Positions 1 to 11,229 of a stretch of 64,000 nt of DNA are shown piece by piece (the first letter of the stretch is position 1; every line of letters begins with the position of its first letter). Both the position numbers and the translations under genes were made by a program. The stretch spans positions 2,976,001 to 3,040,000 of the forward strand of contig OZ251227.1 in the NCBI GenBank assembly GCA_965240325.2, written 5' to 3'. The stretch comes from Rebecca billardiae RCC1528 (Eukaryota; Protista; Haptophyta). A model generated the notes under the pieces. It worked only from the letters and a program-made list of their open reading frames with translations, searched no databases and was not told the origin of the DNA.

Positions 1-972
1 GATGTCACGCAGGCACATGAGCACGGCCAGCACGCGGAGGAGCTGCTCCTCGCTGACGCTCACGCGCAGCTCCGTCAGCCCGTCGAGCTCGAGCTGCAGC
101 CGCGGCACGCCGCTCAGGCTGCGCGCGTTCGGCTTGGCGATCAGCCGGCACGCGAGCGTGAGCGGGTGCAGCACGCGCTCGAGCGTCGCCTCGTCGTCGC
201 GCGGCTGGCGGATGCCCTCGCTCACGTGCACCGCGAGCCGGCTGAGCTCGAGCCGCTTGTCGACCAGCATATCCCACCCTGCCGAGCCCGCTGGGTTGGC
301 ACCCGCGGCGCTCGCTCTGCCCGCAGCCGAGCGCAGCGCGAGCCCGTCGAGTGACACGCCGATGGTGAAGGCGGGAAGGCCTGCGCCGCCCGCGCCGCTC
401 GGTGCGGAGTAGCTGATGTGCACACGCTGCACGTCCACCACGAGGTTGGTCAGAACAGTGGCGATCATGCGCCAGGACAGGAGCCGGCTGTCGCCAGAAC
501 CCGCACCCGCGCTGTCCGGCGAGTCGGCAGCCGACGTGCTCTCCCCTGCGGGCGCGGCGGGCTCGTCCGAGGGCTTTGCGAGCGCGCGCACGAGCAGCTC
601 ACGCGCGCGCGCGAGTGCCTCTGGTGTCCACGCCGCTCCGTCGGGGTGCTCGGCCTCGATGACAACTCCGTCGACGACGACGACGATAGGCGACGTGAGC
701 AGCCGCTTCCACGGGATCTTGACGCGGAGCCGCCCGATGCGCGCGGCGCGCAGCGCGACGGGCAGGAGCAGCGCGTTGAACGCGGCCACGTTGACCGTCA
801 AGTCCTCGAGGAGGAGGTCACCCTTCCACCAGCCGATGCTCAGCTGGGAGCGGTCGAGATTACGGATGAGCGGTACGCCACCGATCGTCAGCAGGCTCGC
901 AAGCCTGCTCGCGATCAGGTGGGGCAGGCTGAAGGACGCCGCGCCGCCGGCCGAGGCCGCGTTGGCGGCCAT
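1..972 (-). CDS. VPS13/chorein N-terminal domain (bridge-like lipid transfer) protein, 5' part; runs off the window
   Basis: Own translation from ATG at 972: MAANAAS...LIRNLDRSQLSIGWWKGDLLLEDLTVN...LPVALRAARIGRLRVKIPWKRLLTSPIVVVVDGV...IATVLTNLVVDVQRVHISY. This matches the Chorein_N/VPS13 signature (NL...QL.IG.W.G.V.L..L; G.L...IPW..L...P; N L.V.V..VHI.Y). It is absent from the ORF track because there is no stop inside the window. Confidence 0.85.
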   Translation of the reverse strand, partial: MAANAASAGGAASFSLPHLIASRLASLLTIGGVPLIRNLDRSQLSIGWWKGDLLLEDLTVNVAAFNALLLPVALRAARIGRLRVKIPWKRLLTSPIVVVVDGVVIEAEHPDGAAWTPEALARARELLVRALAKPSDEPAAPAGESTSAADSPDSAGAGSGDSRLLSWRMIATVLTNLVVDVQRVHISYSAPSGAGGAGLPAFTIGVSLDGLALRSAAGRASAAGANPAGSAGWDMLVDKRLELSRLAVHVSEGIRQPRDDEATLERVLHPLTLACRLIAKPNARSLSGVPRLQLELDGLTELRVSVSEEQLLRVLAVLMCLRDI

Positions 973-1082
973 CCCGCGCAACGCAAAATAAGCACGATTG
1001 CCACCGCCGCGCGTTCCGGCTGCGCGGGAAGTCGGTCCGGACTCCGGCGTCCTCTCGGGGCCGGCCCCGCGTCGTCTCGACG

Positions 1083-2456
1083 ATGGCGTACATTCTCGGC
1101 GCAAGACGGCACGTCGTTTCCGTCATGCGCGCGGGCTTCTGCCGCACGACGCGCGCCCTCGCGTCGGCGGCCAGCGTCACGCCGACTCGGCCATCCATGC
1201 AGCAGCGCGTGGCGACCGCCGCGGCATACGCCTTCTTTGCGGCCAACGTCGGCGCGCTGTTCACCAACCAGAACGAGTCACTCGTCGCGCTCGACACGTA
1301 CTCGGCTGTGATCGAGAAGCAGATCCTCGACACCAGTGGCGAGGCCGATGGCGCGAAGTTGGAGAAGGCACTCGAGGTGCTCGCCCGTGGGCTCCCGCTG
1401 TGCGACAGCTTGCGCGCCCGGGTCGCCGGCTCGGCCGACGTTTTGCAGCGGCTGCTCGAGCTGTGCGCTGCTGCGCCGACAGTGGCGGCGCGCTACAGCT
1501 CCGCCAAGGCGCTCGAGTCCACGTGCGCGCTCCCAAGCGCTCGCGCTGACATCCTCGACGCGGGCGTGCACATCGCCCTAGCTAAGCTCGCCAGCGACGC
1601 ACACATGCTCACGTACGTGCGCAAGTCGGCGGCCAGCGCGCTCGCCCAGCTGTCGAGTGATGCCGCGCGCGCCGCCGCTGCGGGCGATGCGCGCGGGGCC
1701 TCGGATGTCGCGCGCCTCGCGGCGGGCGGTGTGATTGGTGCACTCGACGTCGCCCTCCAAGACCCGGGCATCGCGCGCCAGCGCATGCGCGGCGCGCTCG
1801 TGCGCCTGTGCGACGCGCTCGACAGCGCAACGGACGGCTCGAGGGAGCTGGCGCCGCGGGAGCGGGAGGTCCTTGCAGCCCACCGCGCGGCCGTTGCGGC
1901 TGCCGCGGCGGGTGACGGAGCCGGGGCTGGCAGCGCGCTCCAGCCCGCGCTGGTCCTCGTTGACTCGGCGCGCACGGCGTTGGTCGAGGGCGGCGCGCTC
2001 ATGTACATGCACACGGCCGCAGGCGGCCTCGTCTGGGGGGCGGCAGAGAGCCTGCGCGCTCGGATGGGGCCGAGGGCTGTGCTGCGCCATGCAGCCATCA
2101 CGAGCACCGTGACGTGCCTCTTGCCGATTGTGGTCGTGGGTGGCTGCGTGACCGTGTATCACAAGCTCGAGCGCATGACGGACACGCGCGCGCAGAAGAT
2201 GGCGATGTACACGAGCGGCGCGCTGCTCCTCTACCCCGGCTGGCTCGTGATGCAGCGCGTCGAGGCGATCGCGCCCTACTGGCTCGGCGGGCACATCGTC
2301 GGCTTCATGTCGTTCTTCGCATGGCTGCGGTACACGCACTCGGATCTGCTGCGCTCCGATGCCGAGCTGCACGCGCGCGACCGCGCGCTCATGGCCGACC
2401 AAGCCATGAAGCCCCCGGCCCCGGCAGAGGATGCATCGTCATCCGCAGCAGCGTGA
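1083..2456 (+). CDS. Hypothetical 457-aa protein: Arg-rich N-terminus (possible mitochondrial presequence), ARM-like helical repeats, C-terminal hydrophobic helices
   Basis: Intact ORF with protein-like composition; ARM-like segments (ADILDAGVHIALAKLA, RLAAGGVIGAL); 3-4 hydrophobic segments near the C-terminus. Confidence 0.7.
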   Translation: MAYILGARRHVVSVMRAGFCRTTRALASAASVTPTRPSMQQRVATAAAYAFFAANVGALFTNQNESLVALDTYSAVIEKQILDTSGEADGAKLEKALEVLARGLPLCDSLRARVAGSADVLQRLLELCAAAPTVAARYSSAKALESTCALPSARADILDAGVHIALAKLASDAHMLTYVRKSAASALAQLSSDAARAAAAGDARGASDVARLAAGGVIGALDVALQDPGIARQRMRGALVRLCDALDSATDGSRELAPREREVLAAHRAAVAAAAAGDGAGAGSALQPALVLVDSARTALVEGGALMYMHTAAGGLVWGAAESLRARMGPRAVLRHAAITSTVTCLLPIVVVGGCVTVYHKLERMTDTRAQKMAMYTSGALLLYPGWLVMQRVEAIAPYWLGGHIVGFMSFFAWLRYTHSDLLRSDAELHARDRALMADQAMKPPAPAEDASSSAAA

Positions 2457-2506
2457 TGATGCTCTGCGGGGCGCGTGCCCGCGCCATATAACTATCTCTC
2501 TCTCTC

Positions 2507-3677
2507 CAAGGGCGGTAATGGCTGTCAACTCCCAGTGGCGCCGAGTGGCGGAGGTTGGGCGCCCCTCAACTCGTGCGGCCTCGCGGCGCAGCGGCTAAGT
2601 CTCCTGGGGCGCCGCCCTGGAGGGCGCGTGGGGTGCGCACGCCGCGTGCTCCTGCGCCCGCGGCAGCGGCCGCGGACACGGCGCGCGTGGTTGGTCGCCT
2701 GCTAGACAGCATGTAGTACCCTCCCACGCCGCGCGCCGCGCTCGCCGGTGCCCTCGCCGTGCCTCAGGCCAGCCGCGCACGCGCGCCGCACCAATGGCCA
2801 GCCGTGGCCACGCGCCAGCCGCCGGCGCGCGCGCGGTGCGCGGTGCGGTCGGCGCGGGTCGGGCGCGCGCCCGGGGCGAGGCTCACGTGTGGTGGGCGCG
2901 CGCCATGCCGCCTCGCGCCGCCGCACACGAGCTTGATCACGTTCCACGCGGCTGCTGAAGGGTACTCGTCGAGCATTCCTCGGCCATCAGAAATGAGCTT
3001 GGACAAGCGGCTGTGAGCGCATCAGTGCGAGGAACGCGAGCACTTGGGGGCTCGCGTGCCATAGTAGCAGGAGGCTAGTCATCATGCACATATCAGAATC
3101 AGTGGTCTGCGCTTGTCTATATCGTCACGCGTCGCTGCCTTCCCATGCTGATCATCGTCTCGTCAACATGAGCATATATTTTCATCAAACATATGGCAAT
3201 GCACACTCGACAGCGTGAGAACGCGTGCGCGCCGACCCATGCGGGCGCCAGCGAGGCGGCGCGAGGCGGCATGGCGCGCGCCCACCACACGTGAGCCTCG
3301 CCCCGGGCGCGCGCCCGACCCGCGCCGACCGCACCGCGCACCGCGCGCGCGCCGGCGGCTGGCGCGTGGCCACGGCTGGCCATTGGTGCGGCGCGCGTAC
3401 GCGGCTGGCCTGAGGCACGGCGAGGGCACCGGCGAGGGCGGCGCGCGGCGTGGGAGGGTACTACATCATGCTGTCTAGCAGGCGACCAACCACGCGCGCC
3501 GTGTCCGCGGCCGCTGCCGCGGGCCGGCAGGAGCACGCGGCGTGCGCACCCCACGCGCCCTCCAGGGCGGCGCCCCAGGAGACTTAGCCGCTGCGCCGCG
3601 AGGCCGCACGAGTTGAGGGGCGCCCAACCTCCGCAACACTCGGCGCCACTGGGAGTTGACAGCCCTTACCGCCCTTG
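2507..3677. mobile_element. Non-autonomous foldback/MULE-like element with ~420-bp terminal inverted repeats
   Basis: 2507-2922 is the near-perfect reverse complement of 3255-3677. Termini are CAAGGGCGGTAA...TTACCGCCCTTG around a ~330-bp AT-richer core. It sits in a CT microsatellite, with CTCTCTCTC on both sides (compatible with a 9-bp TSD but uninformative inside a microsatellite). Confidence 0.85.
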
Positions 3678-3724
3678 CTCTCTCTCTCTCGAGAGAGAGA
3701 GATCTCTCTCTCTCTCTCTCTCTA
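3678..3724. repeat. (CT)n/(GA)n/(TC)n palindromic microsatellite
   Basis: ctctctctctctc gagagagagaga tctctctc... read directly. Confidence 0.9.
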
Positions 3725-3753
3725 TAAACGACGCAGCATCAGGCTACGACGAG

Positions 3754-6700
3754 TTACACCTCGTCCGACACAGTCCAGTCGCCGGGCGCAGATGCCTCCG
3801 GCACCACTCGCGCAGATGAGGATGCCTGCTGCTGCTGCTGATGTGCCGGTCCGCGCGGCTGCGACTGCGGCGGCGGCAGGAGCGTGCTCCCCCAACCGCG
3901 CTGGTGCTGCGATCGTGATGGCGTCGAGGCTGCGCTGCCCCGATCGCTCGGCGGGGGCGAGGGCGCGCTGACCTTCGAGTGCTTGCTCTGACGACCGCCG
4001 GTCGACCGGCCGTTGCTGCCGTGCGTGGACGCCGCTCGCTGTCCTGCCGCCCCGTCGTTGGTCTTGGACTTGAGCACATGAAGGCCGAGCGCCTCCGACA
4101 TCGCCTTTGCGACGAGCACGCCACGCGTCGAGTTGCCATTGTGGTCGAGGCATGGCGAGAAGATGCCGATCCCGCACACGCCAGGAACGACACACATGAG
4201 CAGGCCGGCCACGCCCGACTTGGCCGGGATGCCCACGTCCACGATCCACTTGCCCGCGCCGTTGTACATGCCGCAGGACATCATGACAGTCACTGTGGCA
4301 ATGGCGGTGGCGCGCAAACGCGAGGGTAGAGGGAGTGCGCCCGGGCCCGTGAGGGTGTGTGCGGGCACGGGCGCGGCACCGCACGCCTTCTTCCGTCGTC
4401 GCACCTGTCTGCTGGGCGACCTCGGACGCTACGGTCTGCGCGCCGGTGAATGGGTTGAGGCCGTTGTTTGCGAGCGTGGCGCCCATGACCGCGGCATCGT
4501 ATGCGCACGTGTTCAACGAGCAGGCTCGCGTGTAGGCCTCGACGACGAGGTCCGCGTCACCGCTCACGATTTCTCGTCGCACGAGCTCGGTGGCGATGGC
4601 TCGGTTGCCTTCGTTCGTGGCCATCTCGGATGCAAAGACATTCATGTCAATCTGTGGGCATGCATTGGATCGCGGGGGCAGCGCGCATGGGTGCGCTCGG
4701 CTGCAGAATGGAAGTGCGCGCACGCCCGCTGGGCGCACGCACTCGCGAGCGGCGTCGCACCTCATGCGTCGAGTCAGGTGAGGACATCTGCGCGGCAAGG
4801 TCGACGAACTTGGTGTAGCGCTCCTCGGCGGTCTCGCCGCTGATGAGGGACATGCTCACCATCGCCCCGGCGTTCACATATCTGTTGGTGGTGTGACCGG
4901 TTGAGGGCACGGGGGCGGCGGCAGCGCGCATGTGAGGTTCGGACGCGCGGCCTCCGAGCCAGGCGCGGCCTGGCAGCGAACGATGCACGGGCGCGCCTGC
5001 ACGCGCGCGCACGGATTGAACGCTCGGTTGTTTGGGTCGATGTTGAGCGCGTTGAAGGGCTGGCCGCTCGGCTCGTCCCCAATCTTGGCTTCCACGGCGG
5101 GAAGGCCCTGCTCCTGAATAGCCAGGCAGTAGAGGAGCGGCTTGCATGTCGACTGGATAGAGAACGCGTCGCGCGTGTCGCCCACTTCGTACATCCGCCC
5201 TTCGAGGTCACAGAGCACAATCCCAAACCGCTTTGGGTCTGCCGTCGCCAGCTCGGGGATGTACTGCGCGGTCTCGCCGCCGTCCTGATCAACGACGGTC
5301 GAGTAGATCTCCTCCATGACCTCCTGCACGTTGTCGGGCAGCTTGGCGTTGGCGAGCTTGGCCGCCAGGTCGAGCCTGCGCTTGTAGTAGAGCATCAGGC
5401 CGGCGGCGCAGCAGAGCAAGCAGACAAAGCCTGCGCCTGCGCCCGCAATCATCGGCGTCAGGTCCTCCGGCTCCTCATCGGGCTGCCTGGGCGTGTGCCG
5501 CATCGTGAGCACGACACGGCCGCGCGCACGCCTGCCGCCGGGATCGCGCACTTGGTACTCGAACTCAGTACGCGCCGTGTACTCACCCTCGTCGTCCTGC
5601 GTGGCGCCCGTCGCGTTGATGACGTCGGGTCCCGATGCGGAGAACAGCAGCTTCATCGAGCCGGCAGGCAGCTCTTGGTCGTCCTCGTCGATCGCGTGGC
5701 CGTCGGAGTCGCGGAGCGTGCCAAAGGACGGGCGCGTGCTGATCACGATGTGCAGCTCGTCATCGTTGTCGTCGACGTCGCTTGCTGCAATCTCGACTTC
5801 AAGATCATCCTCGGCGTAGCCGTCGAGCTCGATCTCGCGCTCCTCGATGATCGGCGCGTCGTTGACCGGCGCAATGCGCACCGTCATCACGCCTGTGCGC
5901 GATGAGCGGAATGCGTCGCCTGGGCAATCCGAGGAGGCGAAGTGGAACTCGTCGTCGCCGTGAGCATTTGCGTGCGGTACGTAGCGCACGTGATCCTCCC
6001 CTGTCAGCAGCGCGGCTGGCTGGAGCTCGCGCATGCCGACGATCCTGATCGCGTCAATGTAGTTCCTACGCACGGGGTGTGCGCGGCCGCGCGGCGAGGT
6101 GGGGCGAGCGTGAGCGATGAGCTGCATTGACGCGCGCAGCCACGTGATGTGCTCGTGCAACCGGCGCGGTCAAGGGGCAGGCCCGCGCGCGTGCTGCGCA
6201 CCACTCGTCTATGCCCGTCTCCTCAGACGTGTCCAGCTCGATGCGCACGCGCTTCGTCTTGAAGTGTGGCCTGCATATCTTGGGCGCCCACAGCAGGTAG
6301 CGGCCGCGACGCGAGTTGAGCGCAAAGTCTGCGTGCCGAGCCGCACCCTTGTAGAGGCGCATCCAGCTGCCGTCGAGCGCTTGCACCTTGATGCCGACGA
6401 CCGCGCCGTAGCCCTTGGACGAGCCTATCTCGACAGCGGCAAAGTACACGGGCTCGTCGATCTCCGCCTCGAGGTACTCCGTGTAGCCGAGCGAGTCGTA
6501 GGTGTCGGCCTGGTTGTGGTCCATTTGGAACTGCGCGCCGAATGCAATCGACGTCGGGTCCGTCATGCGCAGGTCGCCCACGTAGCCCTGGTAGCGCGGG
6601 GACCATACGCCGGCGTCGACTGGCGCGATGTCTGCGCGGGGGACGGTAGCCGTCACGACGCCGCTGACATCGAGGCAGTCCTCAGGGTACCGCAGCGCAG

Positions 6701-8931
6701 AGTCGGGCTGCATGTGACACTGCACGATCACGCCGTCCGATCCGTTCCGGTACATCTGCGCGTACTCGATCGAGACGGTGTCGCTCGTCGAGCCGACGAC
6801 GTACGCGAGCAGGCCGCCTGAGGGGTGGACGACTTTTGCGCCCACCGGCACCGCCAGCGACGCGTCATCAACCCAGGGTCCGTGGCTCTCGCACTCGCCC
6901 ATCGTGTTGCAGTCCGGCGGGCCGAGCGCCATGATCGGGTGGTAGCTCGCAGCTGCTCACCGGCGGGTGCGCGTGCAGGCAGGGGCAGGGGCAATGACCG
7001 AGCAGCCGGTGAGTGGGGGCAACAGCGAGCGGTGGCGGCGCGCGCGGCGCTCCGCGGCCAACGCACAAGGAGGTCCGCCCCAGAACGAGCTCGCGCCGAC
7101 GATGCGGCTCAGGTACTGCCCGACGACGTTGCCGATGTAGTAGATCTCGTATTCGCGCGTGATGGGCTCGTTGGACGGCATGCGGTACAGCGTGCCGTGC
7201 GCGGGAAGGCTGGTGATGAAGATGTCGTGCGGCCGACCCTCCTCCGCGTCCGTGGAGTTCAGGAAGATCACCACGCCAGCCGAGTCGTCCTCGTCCACCG
7301 TGCTGTTCGCGCCGCGCACGACTGGGATGTCATTCACTTCCTCGACAGAGATCACGACGGTCGAGAGCTCCGAGATGAGGTGCACGTGGCGCTCCAGCCG
7401 CGCGCGGTACTTGAAGGAGTCGAGATCCTCGCCGAAACGGTTTCGCGGCGGCACGTACACCACGTGTGGCGCGCGTTGACGGGCAGAGATCGAGTGCCCG
7501 ACCGCGCGGATCGGCGTGGATCGGTCGTCTAGCTGCGTCGAGTCCGCGACCTCAAACAGCCGACCCAGCTTGGGCAGTGCCTCGATGATCACCTCTGTCG
7601 GCTCGCCAGCAGTGGAGGCTGAATGGAGTAGGATGGCCACCGGCCGGTCTTCGATGGTGAGCACGTTCCCATAGATGCTCGCCGGCGTCGGCATCGCAGT
7701 CGGCGACCGCCGTGGCACGACATGCACGCTGATGGGCGCGCCGCTACCGTCGGTGAGCGCGAGCACGTCCGTGGCGTCGAATGGGTCTGGTGCGGTGTAC
7801 GAGTGGTTGGCGCCGTTGCCATCCAGGGCGATCGTGATGGACTCGCCTGCCTCCGCCGTCACGACTAGTGGCGCGCCCGAGTCTTCCGCCTTCACCCAAC
7901 CGACCCCGGCCGTGTCGGCGGGCGTGCGGTCCGGCGCTGCAAACCGCTTGACCACGTCGCGCTCCGAGTCTCGGAAGCGTCGTCGGAAGACCTCAGACTC
8001 TGACGGGATGGCGCCGAGCATCAGGTCGTACGTGGACCCGCCGTGGCCGAGGTTGGGCTCCACGTCCGGGCTGGCATGCGGCGAGTTGAAGTTGTAGAGC
8101 AGCAGCAAATCCGGCTCGAGCCCACCGGCGAGCCTGTCGGTCAGGCTTGCGTTCCACCGCTCAGATATCTGCGTCTCGGAGAGCGCGCCGCCAAACAGAG
8201 CCATGTCGTCGAGCTGGCCGTGCAGCGAGTAGTCGTCGCAGTCGATGTACTCGTCCATGTAGTCGACCAGGTCGCCCGTCTCGCGCCCGTCGACGAGGTA
8301 CGTGTCGCGCGGCGTGCAGGCGATGCCAACGTGGAAGAGCGGGCTGGTGGCCGCGCTGAGGTCACTTCCGCGGCCAGAACGGTCCGCATACACCTGAGCA
8401 CCGTCGATGTACACGCGCCGGTTGCCGGTCGCCTGGTCCCAGCTCACGGCGTAGTGGTGCCAGTCTCGCGCGCTCTCCCCAAGCGGGCCCACGACGGGCG
8501 GTCCGTCCTTGTCGAACTCCCAGCCTCCGTGCACGCCCCCGATTGGCACGAAGAACAGCGCGTCGCCGTCGACCTGCAGAGCAAAGGAGCGCTGGATCAC
8601 GGTCGGGTCGAGGTTGAAGAAGCGGTACCAGCTGCGCCGGGCGGAGAGCACACGCGACGTCGCATGCGCGCGCGCCGTGGCGCGGGCATCAGCGAACGCT
8701 CGCGGCTGACGGGGGCGTGCCACGCGCGCTCTGCGCACATGGGCGCGCTGCGCAGCGCGGCGCGGACCCCATGTACGTGAAGCCGGCCTTGATCTTGCTC
8801 ATCGGAGCGTCGTCGGAGGCAATCAGCGCCACGGTGGGCGAGGCGATGATCGAGGGGCGCGTCATGGTCAGCACGTAGCCATTGTGACTGCATGCGGCTG
8901 CGACGAGGGCGGTGACCGCGGACCACGTCAT
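3754..8931 (-). CDS. Single-pass membrane protein: signal peptide, LamG/ConA-like domain, cadherin-like repeats, discoidin/galactose-binding-like domain, TM helix and cytoplasmic glutaminase domain (7 exons, ~1479 aa)
   Basis: Exons deduced from phase-compatible GT-AG introns: 8931-8768, 8631-7067, 6952-6202, 6065-5013, 4881-4761, 4651-4405, 4292-3754 (4440 nt, divisible by 3). Motifs: LamG WHHYAVSWD...VYIDG...GQLDDMALFGGALS; cadherin-like EVNDIP/PVNDAP...ED; TM MIAGAGAGFVCLLCCAAGLMLYY-KRR; glutaminase AQYIPELA, FSIQSTCKP, GDEPSGQPFN, NPYVNAGA, SCGMY, PAKSGV, SPCLD.NGNS.RG. Confidence 0.9.
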
Positions 8932-9350
8932 GCTCGCTGCCCGCGCCCGACTTGGCGATTGAACGACGCTCCTTCCACGCGGGCTGTTCATTCGTGAGCG
9001 GCAGCTACCGATATGTATCCGATCGGGCGCGCAGGTAAATCTAATAATAAGCGAGAATGCAAGCTGACGAGACGCGAAGATAGCGCGCGATGAAATAGGC
9101 TCTTGGAAGCTGCGCTTCTGCAGGTAACCGCCTTGGCGATTGTGTACAAGGCCGCAGGTGGCGCATCTTCTGTCAATCTAGCTAGTACCAACATCAACCC
9201 CATGCGCTTCGCAGGTTCAAGGTCGCATATCATTGGCTCACGCGGATTACGGAGCAGCTCGCTCCGCTCGCTCGGCTGCCTTTTACCCCGAGTGATGACA
9301 TCAGCAATCAAAAATGCGCGCGGGTTACCAGCCTCACCTTCAACCTCAGC

Positions 9351-10974
9351 CAAGGGTAGTCAGGGTGAGCAACTCCACTACTAGTACTGGCGACAGCCGC
9401 CGAGGTCGGCCAGGCTCTGTTTGCCTCGGGTCCGCGGAGGATGCGCGGCGCTCGGCCCGCTGCGCAGCGGCAGTGCGCCTCACTTTGCCCCGAGCGCCGT
9501 CCTCCGCGCCGCCTCCTTCCCGCCTCAGGGGCGTTGCGCCAGCTGGACAAACGCCCTCCGGTCTTTTCAGATCTGCGCTTTTCAAAACGAAATGTTCCGC
9601 GCTCTGTTTAGGGCGAAGCGCGGTGGATGGCGGCTCGCCGCCGCATGGGCGGGCGAGTCGCCGCTGCCCGCAGAAAACGTGCGTCGGAGGCAAGGAAGCA
9701 GGCAGATGGCGCGCCGCGCGCGTCGTAGAATTCGGCCGTGACGCTCGCCAGCCTCAGCGCGCGCGGCGAAGCCAAGTCCATGGGCGCACTGCGTGCAGGC
9801 GGCACGGCCACGCCGCTCGGCCGCGCGACCGGCCTCGCAAGCGTCCTTGCGGCGCGAAAGGGCATCCCAGCTGCGGTCATTCGACTTGTGCGTCGGGAGA
9901 CGTGTGCCATCTAGCCAACGCGCACGCGCCGCGAGCTGCACGGCGTGCGCACACGTCGCCCGCCGCACCGGTCAGGCGTGCGCCGCAAGCGGCACAGCGG
10001 GAGAGGGCCCCGATCCGAGTGCAGGTCTCGCCGGGGCCCTCCACAAGTCCAAGGATCCTGGACGGTGGGTCCCTTCGCGTTTGTCCAGCTGGCGCAACGC
10101 TCCGGGAGCAGCACGCATGTGCGCGCCACCACCTTGAAGGCGGGGCATGGGCTTGCTCAGACGACCGCGCGCGCGTGGCGCGCAACTTGGTCGGCTGCGC
10201 GCGCGCGCTGCCGCGGTGCAAGGTAGCACCGCCGCATGCGCGCGCCGTGCGCGCGCGAGCCTTTGCTCACGGCCATCTCATGAGCGTAGTGCTCGCTTGT
10301 CTGCTTGCTCTCACGAATGATTCGCTGTGCCTCACGCTGGCACTCATCGGGTCGATCAGCGAGGTGTTGAGTGACATTGGATACCCAGGACGAAGGCCTA
10401 GTCTTGTCTATTCCTTCTTAGCACGAATGCAAGTGGACGCTAAGGCTCCCCATCGATGGTACCAACACTCATGCCGCTGTCTTTTTCAGCTTCCCGTCAC
10501 GGTCGGCAAGTCGGATGCCAAGCACGGCGATTCGACATGTGTGTAAGGTCGCACTGAGGTCCGCGCACACGCTCTCGCGCTGGCACGGCGCGCGCATGCG
10601 GCGGCGCTACCTTGCACCGTGGCAGCGCGCGCGCGCAGCCGACCAAGTTGCGCGCCACGCGCGCGCGGTCGTCTGAGCAAGCCCGTGCCGCCTTCAAGGT
10701 GGCGGCGCGCACATGCGTGCTGCTCCAAGGCGCGGGAAGGAGGCGACGCGGAGGACGGCGCTTGGGGCAAAGTGAGGCGCACTGCCGCTGCGCAGCGGGC
10801 CGAGCGCCGCGCATCCTCCGCGGACCGACTCGGCCGACGCCGCGCCTCACGCCGTGCGCGGCCTCAGCGCCCTCCGCCGCTGATAGTACTCGCTCCGCTC
10901 CGCTCGCGGCAAACAGAGGGCTCCCGACCTCCGCGGCTGTCGCCAGCGGAGTTGCTCACCCTTACTGACCCTTG
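9351..10974. mobile_element. Second long-TIR (foldback) non-autonomous element, termini related to the 2507-3677 element; left arm interrupted by a nested MITE
   Basis: Left arm 9351-9525 plus 10106-10250 is inverted relative to 10583-10974. Termini are CAAGGGTAGTCAGGGTGAGCAACTCC / GGAGTTGCTCACCCTTACTGACCCTTG. No clear TSD. Confidence 0.8.
9526..10105. mobile_element. Nested ~580-bp MITE-like insertion with 24-bp perfect TIRs
   Basis: GCGTTGCGCCAGCTGGACAAACGC (9531-9554) and its exact reverse complement (10077-10100). The segment is absent from the homologous right arm of the host element. Confidence 0.8.
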
Positions 10975-11150
10975 TCTGGGCCTTGTAATCACTATGTAAT
11001 GTCGTCCAAGCTGAAAGCGGAAGCGGGACCGCCTGCCAGGGTGGTCTAGGAGTTATGCAGTGTGATGCGATCTGAACGACCGCAGGCTCGTCAGTGGACG
11101 GAGCTCTGGCCAGGCTGACGGATTAGACAGCATTAGTATAGTCATCTAAA

Positions 11151-11186
11151 GATATATATATAAAGATATATATATATATATATATA
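11151..11186. repeat. (TA)n microsatellite
   Basis: Direct reading. Confidence 0.85.
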
Positions 11187-11229
11187 GGACCGCGTTCCGC
11201 GGTCCTTCCGTAGAACCAACGCAGTTAGG

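Noticed and set aside
2923-3254. Transposase remnant in the core of the foldback element
   Set aside because: Only short ORF pieces, with no DDE or zinc-finger motif recognisable.
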